Below, piece by piece: positions 59,827 to 64,000 of a stretch of 64,000 nt of DNA. The first letter of the stretch is position 1; every line of letters begins with the position of its first letter. A program made the translations under genes and the position numbers. The stretch covers positions 1,312,001-1,376,000 of the forward strand of contig OZ242186.1 of the NCBI GenBank assembly GCA_965205675.1. Direction: 5' to 3'. This DNA comes from Nitrosopumilus sp. (GTDB lineage Archaea; Thermoproteota; Nitrososphaeria; Nitrososphaerales; Nitrosopumilaceae). The notes beneath the pieces were generated by a model. It made no database searches. It saw nothing but the letters and a program-made list of their open reading frames with translations, and was not told where the DNA came from.

Positions 59827-60449
59827 TGGGTTACACTCACTATTACTGCGTCTCACCAGAGTTTGACAGTACAGCATTTGCCAAAGTTGCAGCAGACTTC
59901 AAAAAGATGATAACACCATTAAGACATCTGGGAGTAGTACTTGCAGATGCATTTGGCGAGGGATATCCGAGAATCAGTCCGACTGAAATCCGATTCAACG
60001 GATTGGCAAAATGTGGACATGAAGAAAAACAGCTAGGAATAACATGGCCTGGTAAAAATGCCTCTGGAGTTTCACAAAACAAGGTAGGCCAACAACTGGC
60101 AGAGATAACCAAAGGGAACTGGTTTGCAGGTGCACAACTGGAAACTAGAACCTGTGGAGGGGACTGTTCCCATGAGACATTTTGTCTTGAACAGAAAATC
60201 TCAGACATCCCAGAGTGGAAGCAAGATACCATGAAAAATGGACTGATCTTTGAGTGTACCAAGACTGCATTCAAGCCGTATGACCTGGCAGTAAATGTAT
60301 GTCTGGTAATTGCAAAGCATCACCTCGGTGAGAAGATCAATGTCACATCAGATGGAGAACTAGAAAACTGGCAGGAGGCAATGCATCTGTGCCAGCACTT
60401 TTTAGGGTTTGGTGAAAGCTTCCAACTAGATGATGAGGATGGCATCTAA
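59826..60449 (+). CDS. Conserved MGE hypothetical protein (MGYTHY type), copy 2
   Basis: Paralogue of 44090. Confidence 0.75.
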   Translation: MGYTHYYCVSPEFDSTAFAKVAADFKKMITPLRHLGVVLADAFGEGYPRISPTEIRFNGLAKCGHEEKQLGITWPGKNASGVSQNKVGQQLAEITKGNWFAGAQLETRTCGGDCSHETFCLEQKISDIPEWKQDTMKNGLIFECTKTAFKPYDLAVNVCLVIAKHHLGEKINVTSDGELENWQEAMHLCQHFLGFGESFQLDDEDGI

Positions 60450-60667
60450 TGAAAAACACGTATCATCTGCTAGACCGAGATGACGATGAGACATATGGCA
60501 TATTCAAGTCAAGTCTAAATTTTGATGCCATAGAGCAAATACAAGACGAAACAGAAAAAGAATATGAAAAACCAAACAGCACATACAAGACAGAGATCTT
60601 CTTTGATCTGCTCAAAGCAAAAGACCCAAACTATGAACCTGTACACATACAGGAGATATACATCTAA
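60449..60667 (+). CDS. Small hypothetical protein
   Basis: TAATG coupling on both sides. Confidence 0.6.
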   Translation: MKNTYHLLDRDDDETYGIFKSSLNFDAIEQIQDETEKEYEKPNSTYKTEIFFDLLKAKDPNYEPVHIQEIYI

Positions 60668-60903
60668 TGGCATTCATATCCGTCCTAACTCTTAGTTCAG
60701 AGGATATCAAAAATCACCTGGACTGTGATGAGAAAAGAGTGCACCAAATTATGGGTATGGCAGTCAGAGGAAAGTTCACAGACTCTATGATGAATTCCTT
60801 TTGGGATGTCATTGATGCATTTGATGGCATCCTGGAAACAGAGGACGAACCAACCGTACAAGCCTATGAAAAAATGGGCAGAGAACTGGAGGATGAAAAC
60901 TAA
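60667..60903 (+). CDS. Small hypothetical protein
   Basis: Paralogue of 53824. Confidence 0.65.
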   Translation: MAFISVLTLSSEDIKNHLDCDEKRVHQIMGMAVRGKFTDSMMNSFWDVIDAFDGILETEDEPTVQAYEKMGRELEDEN

Positions 60904-61958
60904 TGTCAAGAGGTACAGTTCCAGACTGGAGTGACATGCCGTCAGGCATAACTCTTGCGACATTGTCCTGGGAAGACGTATTCATCAAGGCTCAAGAAGA
61001 ACTGCAAAGAGACCCAACAAGAGAGGAAACATTGGAGATGTTTGATGATATGGCACATTCAATGAAACATGCAGTACAAGACGACATGCCGTCTCAACTA
61101 GATGCCCTAATCTCGGAGATAGTTACAGAGTGTCTAAAATCATCACCATACAACCAAGATGCCCTGACAGATGAGCAACTAACATGGAAAAAATACTGTC
61201 ACGAGTGTCACGAGATTCAGGAGACATACTGGGAGCTAAATTTCTGTGACAAGAATCCAGATGGAATAGACATTGATACTCCATATCACGGAAATGATGA
61301 CATGTGTGAGGATGACTATTGTAATCCCGATTCAGTGCCAGTAGATGATGAAAAGATCACAAAGCAATACGTCAAGGAACATGCAGTCTTTGAGAGATGT
61401 GTGCAATGCCATCAGTACTTTGATTCAGCAGAACCGCAAAAAGATGTGCCAAAAAAAGATTTGATACCATGTCCTCATGGCGTGTTGGATGTAAATGAAT
61501 GTCTTATCTGTGAAAAGCAATCTGTATGCGACAACTGCAACGGCACTGGAATCTTTGATACATGTGCTGAATGCGGAGGTCCTGGATGTGCATATTGTGA
61601 AAAAAATGAGTGCCAAAGAATACTGCCAGGAAAAGATTGTGCAATGTGCAATGGTTCAGGCAGATTTGATGGCACACAAACACTCTGCATTGGTGACAGG
61701 CAGATAGCAGTGAGCATCAACTCTACAACAGGTCAAAAACTCACACAACAGACAAAGGCAGATGTTGCAGAGGCATTTCTCAACTCAAACATTGCAGACT
61801 GGGAAATCGATGGTGAGAAAATCCATGACAAATACACCATAACTGTTGATGGCAACATAGCAATGGCTCAAACAGATGAAGATCACATCATTGCGTCAAT
61901 CACATCAGATGGAAAGGATTGCGGATGTCTTTTAGTGTATGGGTTCAAAGAGCAATGA
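60903..61958 (+). CDS. Multi-Zn-finger protein (54060-like domain plus DnaJ-type CxxCxGxG domain)
   Basis: CDNCNGTG, CAMCNGSG. Confidence 0.7.
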   Translation: MSRGTVPDWSDMPSGITLATLSWEDVFIKAQEELQRDPTREETLEMFDDMAHSMKHAVQDDMPSQLDALISEIVTECLKSSPYNQDALTDEQLTWKKYCHECHEIQETYWELNFCDKNPDGIDIDTPYHGNDDMCEDDYCNPDSVPVDDEKITKQYVKEHAVFERCVQCHQYFDSAEPQKDVPKKDLIPCPHGVLDVNECLICEKQSVCDNCNGTGIFDTCAECGGPGCAYCEKNECQRILPGKDCAMCNGSGRFDGTQTLCIGDRQIAVSINSTTGQKLTQQTKADVAEAFLNSNIADWEIDGEKIHDKYTITVDGNIAMAQTDEDHIIASITSDGKDCGCLLVYGFKEQ

Positions 61959-62067
61959 CTGTCTGTAAGAACTATTCAGGGAGAGGATTCAGCATGGAGG
62001 ATGCTGCAACTGGAACGTATGACGAGATGCAATGCGATGACTGCAACGGTACGGGAGATTTGACATA

Positions 62068-62325
62068 ATGTCTAAAGACGTATGGGCTGAGCTGAAAGGC
62101 AACTATCCAGTATGCAAAACTCCTGAATCTCTAAAATCTGCAATAATATCACATCCTGCAAAGGGAAGATGGCGCAAACATGGGTTCATCATTGATTATA
62201 CTGCAGAGAAACAATTCAACGTCATCTGTGTGAGTACCGAAGATGTTGCAAGAAACGGAGGATGCTGCGGTGCAACGTGCTACATCAATGCAGATAATCC
62301 AAACCAATGTGTGTGGGATGTATGA
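62068..62325 (+). CDS. Hypothetical protein
   Basis: Coupled ORF. Confidence 0.55.
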   Translation: MSKDVWAELKGNYPVCKTPESLKSAIISHPAKGRWRKHGFIIDYTAEKQFNVICVSTEDVARNGGCCGATCYINADNPNQCVWDV

Positions 62326-62522
62326 TGAAGACCGTCAGTAATTCCATAAAGTGCACACATGATTCATGGGAGATAGTTGCAGGTTCGGTACATGCAACAC
62401 ATCATTCCCAAGACGGTGATACAAAAATGGAGTGCACCATGAGATGTCAAAAATGTCACACCATGGCAACAGCTGTTAGAACTGAATACCACAATGAGTC
62501 TAGCTGCAATACGACATCCTAG
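62322..62522 (+). CDS. Small Cys/His Zn-binding protein
   Basis: Paralogue of 55398. Confidence 0.6.
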   Translation: MMKTVSNSIKCTHDSWEIVAGSVHATHHSQDGDTKMECTMRCQKCHTMATAVRTEYHNESSCNTTS

Positions 62523-62525
62523 AGA

Positions 62526-62900
62526 ATGTCAACGGCAACTGTACAGGGAAAGAGCACCTTTGCGTTTGATAGAACCATAAGAAATGCAAGGCAGCGTCTG
62601 AAGAAGACTGAGAATTACTCCCAGATACCGCACCTTCCTGCAACATACCCTCAACGGCAAAACAGCCTGAACGGAGTGGATGTTACAGTAAGGGCCAAGA
62701 TACTCAAGTGCCATCTTGAGGACACATACCCGCAAAACATCTTTTCTGTAGCAATAACTCGCAGAAAGGAGTACTGTACCATAACAGTGTGTCATGACTT
62801 TGCAAGATCAGAGACGATTGCAGGGATTGCAGCACTCTATGAGAATGATTCCACAAGAATCGTCCTTGATACGTTTGCATCTAATAGCTGTGAGCAATGA
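62526..62900 (+). CDS. Hypothetical protein, LPD29-like
   Basis: Paralogue of 55599. Confidence 0.55.
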   Translation: MSTATVQGKSTFAFDRTIRNARQRLKKTENYSQIPHLPATYPQRQNSLNGVDVTVRAKILKCHLEDTYPQNIFSVAITRRKEYCTITVCHDFARSETIAGIAALYENDSTRIVLDTFASNSCEQ

Positions 62901-63115
62901 CACAGTTCACAGAGAAAAAGGCCCGTAACCTGATAGATACCCAATCCGTCATGCATGTTGGCAATGACACATATCAGGTGAGATCATCGACTCCTGGAAA
63001 ATCATACATCATAGAATCTGAAATATGCGAATGTGCAGGATTCAGGTTTCGGGGGGAATGCTCACATGTGCAAGCTGTAAAGATGTTACAATACAAGGTA
63101 CAACCCAAACAATGA
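62897..63115 (+). CDS. SWIM zinc-finger protein
   Basis: CEC..F.FRGECSHV. Confidence 0.8.
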   Translation: MTQFTEKKARNLIDTQSVMHVGNDTYQVRSSTPGKSYIIESEICECAGFRFRGECSHVQAVKMLQYKVQPKQ

Positions 63116-63336
63116 CAAACCCTAAAAATGTAAAAGAACCATCATACAGTATGATAAAAATGACGGAGATGAATGTGTTTCTGATTGCAGTGAATATTGG
63201 AGGGTTTGTCTGCATCATAACAGCAGAAATCTTTGATGTTCGAATAGTAGGATGGCTCGGAGTTGGACTGGCTGCCGCAAGTATAATGCAGCTTGTGACA
63301 AATAACACTGGAGGCTCAGAAGAGCATGTTTGGTAA
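63112..63336 (+). CDS. Small two-TM protein
   Basis: Paralogue of 56205. Confidence 0.6.
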   Translation: MTNPKNVKEPSYSMIKMTEMNVFLIAVNIGGFVCIITAEIFDVRIVGWLGVGLAAASIMQLVTNNTGGSEEHVW

Positions 63337-63781
63337 AGGTACGGATGTACAAAAAACCAACATCAGTGATCAGGTAAAGGACAATCGATGGCTGTTTGTC
63401 ATTGTATCTCTTGGCATCGGTCTGTTGATAACAGGAGTGGTTTTGTGGAACGAGACACTTGTCGCCATAGGAGCTGCCTTTATTATTGCCGGCGGTGTAG
63501 GGATATACATGATGCTTGCAACAAGACAGGTGGCAAAACAACTACACCTGCGATTCAACGAGCAAAATGAGATTCTTGATACGCAGACTGGAATTCTCAA
63601 AGACATAGCATCGTCTCAGAAGGAGATGGGCAAGTCTCTCAAGGAGATAACATCATCTCAGAAAGAGATAGCATCATCTCAGAAACAAAACCATTCAGAG
63701 ATGATAGACGTTCTAAAAAGAATAGAGACAGGTTTCTCAAATCTCGGAGAAGGTCTCAAGAAAATAGAGAACAAGCTGTAA
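63326..63781 (+). CDS. Two-TM + coiled-coil protein, family 2
   Basis: 5' part near-identical to 58392, 3' end near-identical to 45029. Confidence 0.75.
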   Translation: MFGKGTDVQKTNISDQVKDNRWLFVIVSLGIGLLITGVVLWNETLVAIGAAFIIAGGVGIYMMLATRQVAKQLHLRFNEQNEILDTQTGILKDIASSQKEMGKSLKEITSSQKEIASSQKQNHSEMIDVLKRIETGFSNLGEGLKKIENKL

Positions 63782-63876
63782 AGTACAGTTTGATTTGAGA
63801 GTACGACACCTCAAAACCCATTTTAGTTTTAGCGCAAGCTAGGACCTGATTTATCAGATGGGTGCGAGGTGTCATG

Positions 63877-64000
63877 GAAGATCCACATGGATTTTTCAAA
63901 ATTATTCCCACAGAGTTGTAACGAATTATTTCCAAAAGGGAATAACTCAGCCCAAGATCTCATGACGGGAATCGTCCTGCTGGTGACGTTACTGCCAGAA
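63877..64000 (+). promoter_or_regulatory. Structured cassette leader, copy 16 (cut by window end)
   Basis: Conserved element. Confidence 0.82.

Larger units (their letters stand above)
1..64000. mobile_element. Part of an archaeal conjugative plasmid or ICE
   Basis: VirB4 and VirD4-like ATPases, actin-type partition module, ArdC, SNase, TA and R-M systems. No host housekeeping genes; no integrase or ends seen. Confidence 0.75.

Noticed and set aside
24704-64000. Many minus-strand and alternative-frame ORFs in the ORF track
   Set aside because: They are shadows of tightly coupled plus-strand genes. Their recurrence is explained by DNA duplication.

Overview
The window looks like part of an archaeal conjugative or integrative element, probably from Nitrososphaerota. 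The taxon call is inferred from a TBP paralogue, a class III pilin signal, an IPEF-type C-terminal sorting motif and TATA-box leaderless promoters. 1-13.3 kb is a transfer backbone: surface proteins, a fused MTase-BsuBI/PstI-type R-M gene, a VirB4-like ATPase, a VirD4-like ATPase with a C-terminal nuclease-like domain, and TBP. 13.3-22.7 kb is AT-rich cargo: MBL hydrolase, matrixin, HicBA, methyltransferase, pilin, IS remnants, RelE and a PAPS-reductase pseudogene. 22.8-24.2 kb is an actin-like partition module with 20-bp palindromes. 24.7-64 kb is the most striking part: a 40-kb, all plus-strand array of gene cassettes. Sixteen cassettes start with a conserved ~140-nt multi-hairpin element showing clear compensatory base changes, followed by a Shine-Dalgarno site and a shared N-terminal peptide. 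Most cassettes end in a 21-bp-VNTR membrane/coiled-coil gene or in a swappable RelE-type toxin-antitoxin pair. Cargo includes ArdC-like, DUF2958-like, SWIM, SNase, GHKL and Zn-finger proteins. All assignments come from motif reading by eye; no searches were run.
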